Source of the DNA: an uncultured Collinsella sp.
Lineage (GTDB): Bacteria > Actinomycetota > Coriobacteriia > Coriobacteriales > Coriobacteriaceae
Length of the DNA: 64,000 bases
Direction: 5' to 3'
NCBI GenBank assembly: GCA_900544895.1
Contig: UQWZ01000006.1
Location: forward strand, 41,613-105,612
Shown: positions 50,216 to 58,491 of the stretch, piece by piece
Numbering within the stretch: the stretch's first letter is position 1
How the letters are laid out: every line of letters starts with the position of its first letter
Translations under genes and position numbers: made by a program
Notes under the pieces: model-generated
Database searches by the model: none
What the model was told of the DNA's origin: nothing
What the model saw: only the letters and a program-made list of their open reading frames with translations

Positions 50216-51508
50216 GTGCTCGCACCCCATATTTCCGTCGTCAACCTCGGCTGCCGTGTCAACCGGGTTGAGTCTGACCGTATCACTGCCGATCTTATGC
50301 GCCTGGGTTTTGCTATGGTGGAGCCCCAGGATGCCGACCTGATCGTCATTAACACCTGTGCCGTTACGGGCGAGGCCGAGGCCAAGACCCGTAAGGCCGT
50401 CCGTCATGCGCTGGCCCATCCAAATGAGCCCTATGTAGTCGTGACCGGATGCGTGGTCAATTTGCATCCCGAGGAGCTGTTGGAGCTTTCGGATCGCGTG
50501 ATTGCCGAGCCGTCTAAGATCGATGTCGCCGAACGTGTCTGCGATGTGCTGGGTGTCGAATCCGATAGTGTGGCCGCCTGCAGCGACAGCGATGTGGTCG
50601 ACGCTCTGGGTCGCTCGCGTCTGGGTGTGAAGATCCAGGATGGCTGCAACCACCGTTGCACCTATTGCATCGTGTGGAAGGCCCGCGGTCCCGAGCGTTC
50701 CGTGCCCGTCGAGTCCGTGCTTGAGCAAGTTCGCGAGGCCCAGGAGGCCGGCGTGCCCGAGGTGGTGCTGACCGGTGTGAACCTGGGTGCCTACGATGGC
50801 AAGAGCGCGACCGACGAGCATGTCGAAATCGATGAGCTGCTCGAGGCCATCATGGAGCGCACGACTATTGCGCATGTGCGCATTTCCTCGGTCGAACCCA
50901 TGGATATCTCTGAGCGCCTGCTTAAGGTTATGGCGCGCTATCCGCAGCGTATTGCCCCGTTTTTGCACCTGCCCGTACAGTCCGGCTGTACGGCGACGCT
51001 GCATCGCATGGGTCGTCCCTATAGTGCCGAGGCCTTTGAGGACACGGTGCGCATGATTCGCGCCATCCTGCCGCAGGCGTCTCTTTCGTGCGACGTCATC
51101 GTCGGTTTTCCTGGTGAGACGGACGAGGAGTTCGAGGAGTCGCTGGCGCTGTGCCGCCGCGTGGGGTTCTCGCGTATGCACGTGTTCCGCTACAGTAAGC
51201 GTCCCGGTACCCTTGCTGCCGACATGCCCGACCAGGTGCCGCCCGAGGTTATGGCCGAGCGCAGCCGCCGTATGCGAGACGCGGCGCAGGAGCTCGCTAT
51301 CGCCGACGCTCGTCGTCGCGTGGGCACCGTTGAGCGCGCCGTGCTCGAGTATGGTGACAACCTGACGCTCGGTTCGTTCCATCATGCCCGTCTTGACGAT
51401 ACCTGTGGACTTACAGCCCCGTGCCTGCTCGATGTTGCTATCATCGGAGTCGATGATTCCGGCTTGGTCCATGCGCGCAGGGAGGTCCATGGAAGCCTCG
51501 AAGATTAG
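50216..51508 (+). CDS. mtaB: MiaB-like tRNA methylthiotransferase, MtaB type
   Basis: UPF0004 N-terminal domain (NLGCRVN), radical SAM GCNHRCTYCIV, and a TRAM-like C-terminus. GTG start after AAGGAG. Confidence 0.82.
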   Translation: MLAPHISVVNLGCRVNRVESDRITADLMRLGFAMVEPQDADLIVINTCAVTGEAEAKTRKAVRHALAHPNEPYVVVTGCVVNLHPEELLELSDRVIAEPSKIDVAERVCDVLGVESDSVAACSDSDVVDALGRSRLGVKIQDGCNHRCTYCIVWKARGPERSVPVESVLEQVREAQEAGVPEVVLTGVNLGAYDGKSATDEHVEIDELLEAIMERTTIAHVRISSVEPMDISERLLKVMARYPQRIAPFLHLPVQSGCTATLHRMGRPYSAEAFEDTVRMIRAILPQASLSCDVIVGFPGETDEEFEESLALCRRVGFSRMHVFRYSKRPGTLAADMPDQVPPEVMAERSRRMRDAAQELAIADARRRVGTVERAVLEYGDNLTLGSFHHARLDDTCGLTAPCLLDVAIIGVDDSGLVHARREVHGSLED

Positions 51509-52475
51509 ACTTACCGTTCCCGAGGGAGTTGATCCCTCGCGTGTTTTGGGCGCCGGCGACGGCGTCCTTCGTGCGCTCGAGAGCTTGGTTCGCGCTCACG
51601 TGGTCGCCCGTGGCGATAGGATCTCCGTGAGCGGCGACCCGGACGAGGTCGAGCTCGTGGCTCGCTTTTTCGAACATGCTTTTCGCGAGGCGGCGGCCGG
51701 TCGTACCCTGTCTGCCGACGATGTCTCGCGTTGCCTGGCCGTCTTGCGCGACGGCGAGCATGAGGCCACATCGCTTCGCGATGACGTGCTGCTTTCGTAT
51801 CGCGGTCGCGTCATTCGTCCCAAGACGCTTGGGCAAAAGCGCTATGTGGATGCCATTCGCTCGCATACCATCACCTTTGGCTTGGGTCCTGCCGGTACCG
51901 GTAAGACCTATCTGGCCATGGCGCTCGCCGTTGCCGCGCTCAAGCGCCATGAGGTGGGCCGTTTGATCTTGACGCGTCCGGTTGTCGAAGCAGGGGAGAA
52001 CCTGGGCTTTTTGCCCGGCACCCTCGAGGAAAAGATCGATCCGTACATGCGCCCGCTCTACGATGCCCTTTTTGACATGATGGATCGTGAGCGCACCGAT
52101 GAGCTTATGGAGCGCGGCGTGATCGAGATCGCCCCGCTCGCCTACATGCGCGGTCGTACGCTGAGCGATGCTTTCGTGGTGCTCGACGAGGCGCAAAATA
52201 CCACGCCCGAGCAGATGAAGATGTTCCTGACACGCCTTGGATTCAACTCCAAGTTCGTGATTACCGGCGACCTCAGCCAGCGCGACCTGGTGGGTCGTCG
52301 TGGTGGCTTGGCGGATGTCGAGAAGATTTTGGGCCGTGTCGACGATGTGGCATTTTCTCACCTCGAGCGTGCCGACGTGGTGCGTCATGCCCTAGTGGGT
52401 TGTATCGTTGAGGCATATGATGCTTATGATGACGTGCGTGAGCAACGCTCACGCGACCGAAAGGAGTCCCGTTGA
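51489..52475 (+). CDS. phoH: PhoH family ATPase
   Basis: Walker A GPAGTGKTYLA, and VLDEAQNTT. ATG at 51489; overlaps the mtaB end. Confidence 0.9.
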   Translation: MEASKIRLTVPEGVDPSRVLGAGDGVLRALESLVRAHVVARGDRISVSGDPDEVELVARFFEHAFREAAAGRTLSADDVSRCLAVLRDGEHEATSLRDDVLLSYRGRVIRPKTLGQKRYVDAIRSHTITFGLGPAGTGKTYLAMALAVAALKRHEVGRLILTRPVVEAGENLGFLPGTLEEKIDPYMRPLYDALFDMMDRERTDELMERGVIEIAPLAYMRGRTLSDAFVVLDEAQNTTPEQMKMFLTRLGFNSKFVITGDLSQRDLVGRRGGLADVEKILGRVDDVAFSHLERADVVRHALVGCIVEAYDAYDDVREQRSRDRKESR

Positions 52476-52981
52476 GTGTATTGATCAGCAACGATGCCGA
52501 GCTCGATACGCTGCTCGATGCTCAGGAGGTGGAGCACATCTGCGAGGTCGTGCTTGCCGCCGAGGGCGTTGAGCGTGAAGTCGAGATTTCCCTTTCGTAT
52601 GTCGACGAGGACGAGATGCACGAGCTCAACCACGAGTGGCGCGGTATCGACCGCACCACCGATGTGCTCTCGTTTGAGTGCGATTCGGCCTTTGACGATG
52701 ACATTCCCGCCGATGAGACGCTCGAGCTCGGCGATATCATCTTGGCCCCGCAGGTTATTGCCCGTCAGGCCCCCGGTTTTGGCAATAGCCCCGCTGACGA
52801 GTGCCGTCTGATGCTCGTTCACGGCATGCTGCACCTGCTGGGCTATGACCACATCGAGGACGACGAGGCCGAGGTTATGGAGGCCCGCGAGGACGCTATC
52901 CTGCGCGATCTGGCGCTCGAGCGCGGCGAGGATCCCAAACTGGTTCACGTCGGCCCCATCACCAATCATGCCCACGACTAG
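52472..52981 (+). CDS. ybeY: rRNA maturation endoribonuclease YbeY
   Basis: Zinc motif HGMLHLLGYDH. The TTG start overlaps the phoH stop. Confidence 0.92.
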   Translation: MSVLISNDAELDTLLDAQEVEHICEVVLAAEGVEREVEISLSYVDEDEMHELNHEWRGIDRTTDVLSFECDSAFDDDIPADETLELGDIILAPQVIARQAPGFGNSPADECRLMLVHGMLHLLGYDHIEDDEAEVMEAREDAILRDLALERGEDPKLVHVGPITNHAHD

Positions 52982-52990
52982 GAGCCGTTT

Positions 52991-53368
52991 ATGATTCCCG
53001 GATCGAACAAGGACCATCCGTCCTTTTTAAAGTCGTTCTCCTACGCCATGGAGGGCTTCGTCACCGCCGTCAAGACCGAGCGCAACATTAAGGTCATGCT
53101 CGTGGCGGGCGTGTGCACCGTCATTGCCGGCTGCATCGTGGGGCTCGACATTGCCGAGTGGGCCACGATTATCATCTGCTGCGGCCTGGTGATTCACGGC
53201 GAGCTGTGCAATACCGCCATGGAGGCCATTGTCGATCTGGCGACCCAGGAGCTCCATCCGCTGGCAAAACGCGCCAAGGACATCGCCGCCGCCTCTGTAT
53301 ACGTTCTTTCCATCACCGCCGCGATTGTGGGCGTGCTGGTATTTGCCCACGCGCTCGGCTTTATTTAG
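52991..53368 (+). CDS. dgkA: diacylglycerol kinase family protein (DgkA / undecaprenol kinase type)
   Basis: 125 aa, three TM segments, and the conserved E..NTAME..VD motif (ELCNTAMEAIVD). Confidence 0.88.
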   Translation: MIPGSNKDHPSFLKSFSYAMEGFVTAVKTERNIKVMLVAGVCTVIAGCIVGLDIAEWATIIICCGLVIHGELCNTAMEAIVDLATQELHPLAKRAKDIAAASVYVLSITAAIVGVLVFAHALGFI

Positions 53369-53380
53369 AAAGGGATTCCC

Positions 53381-54448
53381 ATGTCCGACAATATGCAGTC
53401 TACCGATGAGATTTTGGACGACGAGTCCCCGGATGCTAAGGCGACCGAGGCCTATGAGGAAGTCGAGGAGTTCGACCCGTTTGAGGGCATGAGCGACGAG
53501 GAGCTCGACGCCCTGTGCGATGAGGACGACAGCCTCGCGGGCTTTGGCGACGTTGAGCCCGGTTTCCGCAGTGGCTTCGTGGCCTTGGTCGGCCGCCCCA
53601 ACGCCGGTAAGTCAACGCTGCTCAACGCCTGCTATGGCAAAAAGGTCGCCATCACCTCGCCGGTGGCCCAGACGACCCGCCGCCGCATGCGCGCCGTCGT
53701 CAACCGCCCCGGCTACCAGCTGGTCTTTGTCGATACCCCGGGTATCCACAAGCCCAAGGACGGTCTAGGGTCCGAGCTGAACAAGAGCGCGCTGTTCGAG
53801 CTGAACGATGTCGATGTTGTCGCGTTTTTGATTGATGCCACCAAACCGATCGGCAGGGGAGACGCCTGGGTTGCCGAGCGTGTCAAGAATGCCCGTTCCA
53901 AGAAGGTCCTGGTGCTCACCAAGGCCGATGAGGCCGACCCCGCACAGGTCATGGAGCAGCTTAAGGCAGCCCACGAGCTTATGGACTTTGACGACGAGAT
54001 CGTGACGTCGTCGGTCAAGAACTTCAACGTCGATGCCTTTATCGAGACCGTTGCGCACTTTTTGCCCGAGGGCCCGCGTTGGTTCCCCGAGGACATGGGT
54101 ACCGACGCTTCTGACGAGACGCTCGTTGCCGAGTTTGTGCGCGAGAAGGTCTTGCGCCGCACCCGTGATGAGATCCCTCACTCCGTTGGCGTAATCTGCG
54201 ACGCGCTCGAGCAGACCAAGAAGGTGCTGCGCGTGCACGCCACTATTTACGTCGAGCGCGAGGGCCAAAAGGGCATCATCATCGGCAAGGGCGGCGAGAT
54301 GATCAAGCATATCGGTATCGACGCCCGTCGCGATCTTGAGCGCATTTTTGGCACGCAGGTCTTTTTGGAGCTGGACGTGAAGGTCAAGGCCGGCTGGCGT
54401 GACGACGAGGCCCAGATTCGCCGCTTTGGCTACAACGCCGAGGACTAA
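53381..54448 (+). CDS. era: GTPase Era (with a ~60-aa acidic N-terminal extension)
   Basis: GRPNAGKST, DTPG and TKAD G motifs, and a C-terminal KH domain (VERE.QKGIIIGKGG). Confidence 0.93.
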   Translation: MSDNMQSTDEILDDESPDAKATEAYEEVEEFDPFEGMSDEELDALCDEDDSLAGFGDVEPGFRSGFVALVGRPNAGKSTLLNACYGKKVAITSPVAQTTRRRMRAVVNRPGYQLVFVDTPGIHKPKDGLGSELNKSALFELNDVDVVAFLIDATKPIGRGDAWVAERVKNARSKKVLVLTKADEADPAQVMEQLKAAHELMDFDDEIVTSSVKNFNVDAFIETVAHFLPEGPRWFPEDMGTDASDETLVAEFVREKVLRRTRDEIPHSVGVICDALEQTKKVLRVHATIYVEREGQKGIIIGKGGEMIKHIGIDARRDLERIFGTQVFLELDVKVKAGWRDDEAQIRRFGYNAED

Positions 54449-54463
54449 GGACGCGCAGCGCGC

Positions 54464-55213
54464 ATGGCAGGCTCCCGGACATATCGCACGAAGGTGCTCG
54501 TGCTCGACAAGACCAAGCTCAAAGAGACCGATCTGATTCTGACGATGCTTGACGAGCGGGGTCGTCAGGTTCGTGCCGTGGCAAAGGGGGCCCGCAAACC
54601 CGGTGGGCGCTTGGCGGCGCGCTGCGAATTATTCTGTACCGTCGATATGCTGCTCGCACATGGACGCTCGCTCGACGTTGTTTCTCAGGCCGAGCTTTTG
54701 GAAGCGCCGGTTGGCGCCGCGCCCGATTACGAGACGACCTGCGCCGCAAGCGCGATTGCCGAGGTCGCGCGCGTGTGCTCATTCGAGGACGCCGAGGACC
54801 CGTTTACCTTTGCCATCACGCAGCGGGCGCTCACGCTTGTCGGCTGTGGGCTCGACTCGGCACATATGGACCTGCTCGTGGCGGCCTTTGTCTTTAAACT
54901 TCTGTCGCACGTGGGCTATCGACCCGATTTTTCGGCCTGCGTGCTGTGCGGAGACCCCATGCTGTCGTACTTTTCGCCCCAGGCGGGCGGGCTCATGTGC
55001 GGTTCGTGCGCGTCGAGCGTTCCGGGTGCCGAGCTGGTTTCGACCGGTGAGGTCGAGTGGCTGCGCGCCCTCATGTCCATGACCTTCGATGCACTCATGG
55101 TCGAGCGAATCGACCCGCATACGGCGGCGTTCTTGCTCGGGCTTTCGCATGTGTGGGCTGCGACGCACACCGACCAGCGCCTCCGTGCGATGGAATTCAT
55201 GTTGGGTCGGTGA
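54464..55213 (+). CDS. recO: DNA repair protein RecO
   Basis: 249 aa. OB-fold N-terminus and a CxxC...CxxC zinc motif (CVLCG ... CGSC). era-recO synteny. Confidence 0.88.
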   Translation: MAGSRTYRTKVLVLDKTKLKETDLILTMLDERGRQVRAVAKGARKPGGRLAARCELFCTVDMLLAHGRSLDVVSQAELLEAPVGAAPDYETTCAASAIAEVARVCSFEDAEDPFTFAITQRALTLVGCGLDSAHMDLLVAAFVFKLLSHVGYRPDFSACVLCGDPMLSYFSPQAGGLMCGSCASSVPGAELVSTGEVEWLRALMSMTFDALMVERIDPHTAAFLLGLSHVWAATHTDQRLRAMEFMLGR

Positions 55214-55315
55214 TGATGCGCATGGGCGGTCTGCTTGTGGTAACATACCGACCTGTTGGTACCTCGACCTTGGATGCTCGCTCCACCGACGGCTTCCCAG
55301 TCCGAGGCGAATAGT

Positions 55316-55331
55316 GTCGCCCGCGGGCGAC
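55316..55331 (+). promoter_or_regulatory. perfect 16-nt palindrome in the rpsO leader
   Basis: GTCGCCCGCGGGCGAC, ending 20 nt before the rpsO ATG and just 5' of the RBS GAAAGGTG. Confidence 0.3.
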
Positions 55332-55351
55332 AAGAAACGAAAGGTGAAACA

Positions 55352-55630
55352 ATGACTGTTTCCAAAGAGCGCAAGGCTGAGCTGACTGCCCAGTTCGGTA
55401 ACACCCCGGTCGACACCGGCAACCCCAAGGTTCAGGTCGCCATCCTGTCCGAGCGCATCAAGGAGCTGACCGAGCACATGAAGTCCCACCAGAAGGACTT
55501 CCACACCCGTCGTGGCCTGCTCATGCTCGTCGGCCGTCGTCGTCGTCTTCTCTCCTACATCAAGAAGAACGACATCGTCGAGTACCGTGAGCTCATCAAG
55601 GCTCTGGGCATCCGCGACAACATCCAGTAA
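55352..55630 (+). CDS. rpsO: 30S ribosomal protein S15
   Basis: 92 aa with TGNPKVQVAILSERIKELTEHMKSHQKDFHTRRGLL. The ORF-track start at 55256 was rejected. Confidence 0.95.
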   Translation: MTVSKERKAELTAQFGNTPVDTGNPKVQVAILSERIKELTEHMKSHQKDFHTRRGLLMLVGRRRRLLSYIKKNDIVEYRELIKALGIRDNIQ

Positions 55631-55645
55631 GGATTTGTACATGCT

Positions 55646-55677
55646 AAGAGCGTCCTGCGCAGCGGGGCGCTCTTTTT
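55646..55677 (+). terminator. intrinsic terminator/attenuator between rpsO and pnp
   Basis: AAGAGCG ... CGCTCTT outer stem with inner CCTGC/GCGGG pairing, followed by TTTTT. Confidence 0.7.
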
Positions 55678-55696
55678 GTGTAAGGGCGCGAACAAT

Positions 55697-55767
55697 CACG
55701 CTCTGAAGCGTGGCGGGGGCAGGGGGCCCGCGTCACTTGAGAAGCCCACAGGCAAGGGGCCTGTGGG
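55697..55767 (+). promoter_or_regulatory. structured pnp 5' leader (two hairpins)
   Basis: CACGCT-CTGA-AGCGTG (55697-55712) and CCCACAGGC-AAGGG-GCCTGTGGG (55745-55767). The second ends 3 nt before the RBS AAAGGAG. It may correspond to the described Actino-pnp motif, which I did not verify. Confidence 0.4.
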
Positions 55768-55780
55768 GTAAAGGAGAACA

Positions 55781-58027
55781 ATGACACTCGTATCCAAGAC
55801 CTTTGAGCTGTACGGCAAGACCTACACCTTTGAGTCCGGCGAGCTTGCCAAGCAGGCCACCGGCGCCTGCCTGGTCAAGCAGGGCGACACCACGATGCTC
55901 GACACCGTGGTTGTCTCCAAGGAGCGCAAGAACTACGACTTCTTCCCGCTGACCGTCGACTTCAACGAGAAGATGTACGCAGCCGGCCGCATCCCGGGTG
56001 GTTACCTCAAGCGTGAGGGCCGTCCCAGCGAGAAGGCCACGCTCACCGCGCGCATGATTGACCGTCCGATTCGCCCGAGCTTCCCGGACGGCTTCCGCAA
56101 CGAGGTGCACATTGTCGCCACCTCGCTCGTCGCCGACCAGGTCAACCCCTTCGACGTCATCAACGTCATGGGTGCCTCCCTGGCCATGACGCTCGGCGGC
56201 GTGCCCTTCGAGGGTCCGCTTGCCTGCGTGCGCATCGGCCGCAACGTGGAGACCGGCGAGTTTATCGTCAACCCCACCTATGAGGAGCGCGAGAACTCCG
56301 ATCTGGACCTGGAGCTGGGTGGCTCCGCCGACTTCATCTCGATGGTCGAGGCCGGCGCCGAGGAGATCTCCGAGGACGACATGCTCGCCGCCATGAAGTT
56401 TGGCCAGGAGGCCCTTGCTGCCTTCTGCCAGGCTCAGGACGAGTTTGTCGCCGAGTGGGAGCAGGTCAACGGCGCCATCGTCAAGAAGGAGTACCCGCTC
56501 GACCAGCCCGTCGAGGAGGTCCAGGAGCGCATCTTCGCCCACTACGACGAGATGGCAGCCGCCCTTCGCGACGCCGACAAGCTCTCCCGTATCGGTAAGG
56601 TCGAGGCTCTGAAGGAGTCCATCCGTGCCGAGTTCACCGAGGAGGAGCAGTCCGCTTGGGAGCGCGAGATTCCCGTGGCGCTCAAGAAGCTCGAGAAGAA
56701 GGCTATGCGTACCATGGTCGTCGAGACCGGCGAGCGCGTCGACGGCCGTGCCGCCGATGAGATTCGCCCCATCATGGTGAAGGATAACTACCTGCCGCTC
56801 GTTCACGGCTCCGGTCTGTTCCAGCGTGGCCAGACCCAGGTGCTTTCCGTCCTGTCGCTCGGTATGCTCAACGAGGGCCAGCGTCTGGATACCATCGAGC
56901 CCACCGAGGGCAAGCGCTACATGCACCACTACAACTTCCCGCCGTTCTGCACCGGCGAGACCGGCCGCATGGGCAGCCCCAAGCGCCGCGAGATCGGCCA
57001 CGGCAACCTGGCTGAGCGCGCTTTGCTTCCGGTGCTCCCCGACGAGAACGAGTTCCCCTACGCCATCCGCGTCGTCTCCGAGGTCATGGAGTCCAACGGC
57101 TCCTCTTCGATGGCTTCGACCTGCGGCTCCACGCTCGCCCTTATGGACGGCGGCGTGCCCATTAAGCGCCCGGTCTCCGGTATCGCCATGGGCCTGATCC
57201 AGGAGGAGGGCAAGACCGTGGTCCTGTCCGACATCCAGGGTCTCGAGGACTTCCTTGGCGACATGGACTTTAAGGTCACCGGCACCACCGAGGGCATTAC
57301 CGCTCTGCAGATGGACAACAAGGCCACTGGTCTTACCTTTGACATCTTGGCCCGCGCCCTGCAGCAGGCCAAGGAGGGTCGCGCCTTCATCCTGCAGAAG
57401 ATGCTCGATGTGATCCCCGAGCCGCGCCACACCACGCGCAGCACCGCTCCGCGTATCGTCTCCATCCAGGTTCCGACTGACAAGATTCGCGACGTCATCG
57501 GTTCCGGCGGTAAGGTCATCCGCGGCATCCAGGACGAGACCGGCGCTTCGGTCGACATCCAGGAGGACGGCACCGTCTTTGTCGGCGGCACCGGCGAGTC
57601 CGTCGATCAGGCTGTCGAGCGTATCAAGCTCATCATCAAGGTTCCCGAGCCGGGCGAGGAGTACACCGGTCGTGTGGTCTCCATCCAGCCCTTCGGCGCC
57701 TTCGTCAACCTGCTGCCCGGCAAGGACGGCCTGCTGCACATCTCCCGCGTCGCCAAGGGCCGCGTGGAGAAGGTCGAGGATGTCCTTAACGTGGGCGACG
57801 AGGTCAAGGTCGTCGTCATTGAGGTCGACGATCGCGGCAAGATCTCGCTCGATCGTCTTGACAAGCCCGAGGCTCCGGCTCGCGCCGAGGGTACCTCCGA
57901 GGGCGACGGCGAGCACTTCCAGCGTCGTGAGCGTCCGCGTCGCGAGCGCTCCGAGCGCAGCGACCGTCCGCGCCGTCCCGGCGACAACGGAGGCCGCAAG
58001 CCCCGCCGCCACCACGACGCCGAGTAA
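55781..58027 (+). CDS. pnp: polyribonucleotide nucleotidyltransferase (PNPase)
   Basis: 748 aa. Two RNase PH domains, KH and S1 domains, and an Arg/Glu-rich C-terminal tail. Confidence 0.97.
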   Translation: MTLVSKTFELYGKTYTFESGELAKQATGACLVKQGDTTMLDTVVVSKERKNYDFFPLTVDFNEKMYAAGRIPGGYLKREGRPSEKATLTARMIDRPIRPSFPDGFRNEVHIVATSLVADQVNPFDVINVMGASLAMTLGGVPFEGPLACVRIGRNVETGEFIVNPTYEERENSDLDLELGGSADFISMVEAGAEEISEDDMLAAMKFGQEALAAFCQAQDEFVAEWEQVNGAIVKKEYPLDQPVEEVQERIFAHYDEMAAALRDADKLSRIGKVEALKESIRAEFTEEEQSAWEREIPVALKKLEKKAMRTMVVETGERVDGRAADEIRPIMVKDNYLPLVHGSGLFQRGQTQVLSVLSLGMLNEGQRLDTIEPTEGKRYMHHYNFPPFCTGETGRMGSPKRREIGHGNLAERALLPVLPDENEFPYAIRVVSEVMESNGSSSMASTCGSTLALMDGGVPIKRPVSGIAMGLIQEEGKTVVLSDIQGLEDFLGDMDFKVTGTTEGITALQMDNKATGLTFDILARALQQAKEGRAFILQKMLDVIPEPRHTTRSTAPRIVSIQVPTDKIRDVIGSGGKVIRGIQDETGASVDIQEDGTVFVGGTGESVDQAVERIKLIIKVPEPGEEYTGRVVSIQPFGAFVNLLPGKDGLLHISRVAKGRVEKVEDVLNVGDEVKVVVIEVDDRGKISLDRLDKPEAPARAEGTSEGDGEHFQRRERPRRERSERSDRPRRPGDNGGRKPRRHHDAE

Positions 58028-58051
58028 CAGCAACACATAAGCAGCTCAATA

Positions 58052-58084
58052 AAGGGCGACTCCACCATGGAGTCGCCCTTTTGC
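58052..58084 (+). terminator. intrinsic terminator after pnp
   Basis: AAGGGCGACTCCA / TGGAGTCGCCCTT 13-bp stem followed by TTTT. Its 3' arm and T tract overlap the base of hairpin element copy 1. Confidence 0.8.
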
Positions 58085-58221
58085 TATTCCCGGCGGGGTC
58101 CGCGGGTAAAGCTTCCTGCTCTACAGTCCTGCTCACGACGGAGGCCACATTAAGTGGCCTCCTGTTCGTGCGGAACTCGCGATAAACTTTACCCGCGGCG
58201 CCCGCCGGGAATAGCAAAAGG
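58077..58221. repeat. long-stem / conserved-bubble hairpin element, copy 1
   Basis: 58077-58111 pairs with 58187-58221 (35 positions, 2 adjacent mismatches). It encloses a non-complementary bubble and the apical hairpin GGAGGCCAC-ATTAA-GTGGCCTCC (58140-58162). Confidence 0.85.
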
Positions 58222-58350
58222 TCTGGTTGCTGCGGGTTGCGATTTTGTCAGACAGTCTATTCAGTTATTTGAATTCAGATCTTTTGACAATCGCATGCGC
58301 GTCATTGCCCCAGATAAAACCGACCAAAATAAAGCTGTCCTATTTTGGCA

Positions 58351-58491
58351 GGTCTGGTCTCAGCGGGCCCGGCACGGGCTAAGTTTATCGCGAGTTCCGC
58401 ACGCAAAGGAAAGCACTTAATGTGCTTTCCGTCTTGCGCAGGACTGTAGAGCAGGAAACTTAGCCCGTGCCGGGCCCGCTGAGACCAGACC
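58351..58491. repeat. long-stem / conserved-bubble hairpin element, copy 2 (core inverted relative to copy 1)
   Basis: 58351-58385 is perfectly complementary to 58457-58491. The reverse complement of 58381-58460 aligns ungapped to 58110-58189 (69 of 80 identical by hand count). Apical hairpin GGAAAGCAC-TTAAT-GTGCTTTCC lies at 58408-58430. Confidence 0.85.

Noticed and set aside
58154-58420. 88-aa ORF spanning the spacer between the two hairpin elements.
   Set aside because: It has no RBS and starts inside the copy 1 hairpin and ends inside copy 2. The composition is that of the repeats and the AT-rich spacer, so it is almost certainly noncoding.
58077-58491. Interpreting the two long hairpins simply as bidirectional terminators for pnp and rnj.
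   Set aside because: pnp already has its own canonical terminator at 58052-58084. The stems of ~35 bp are far longer than terminators. Neither copy is followed by a proper U tract. The conserved 20-23-nt unpaired segments and compensatory changes are not explained by termination.
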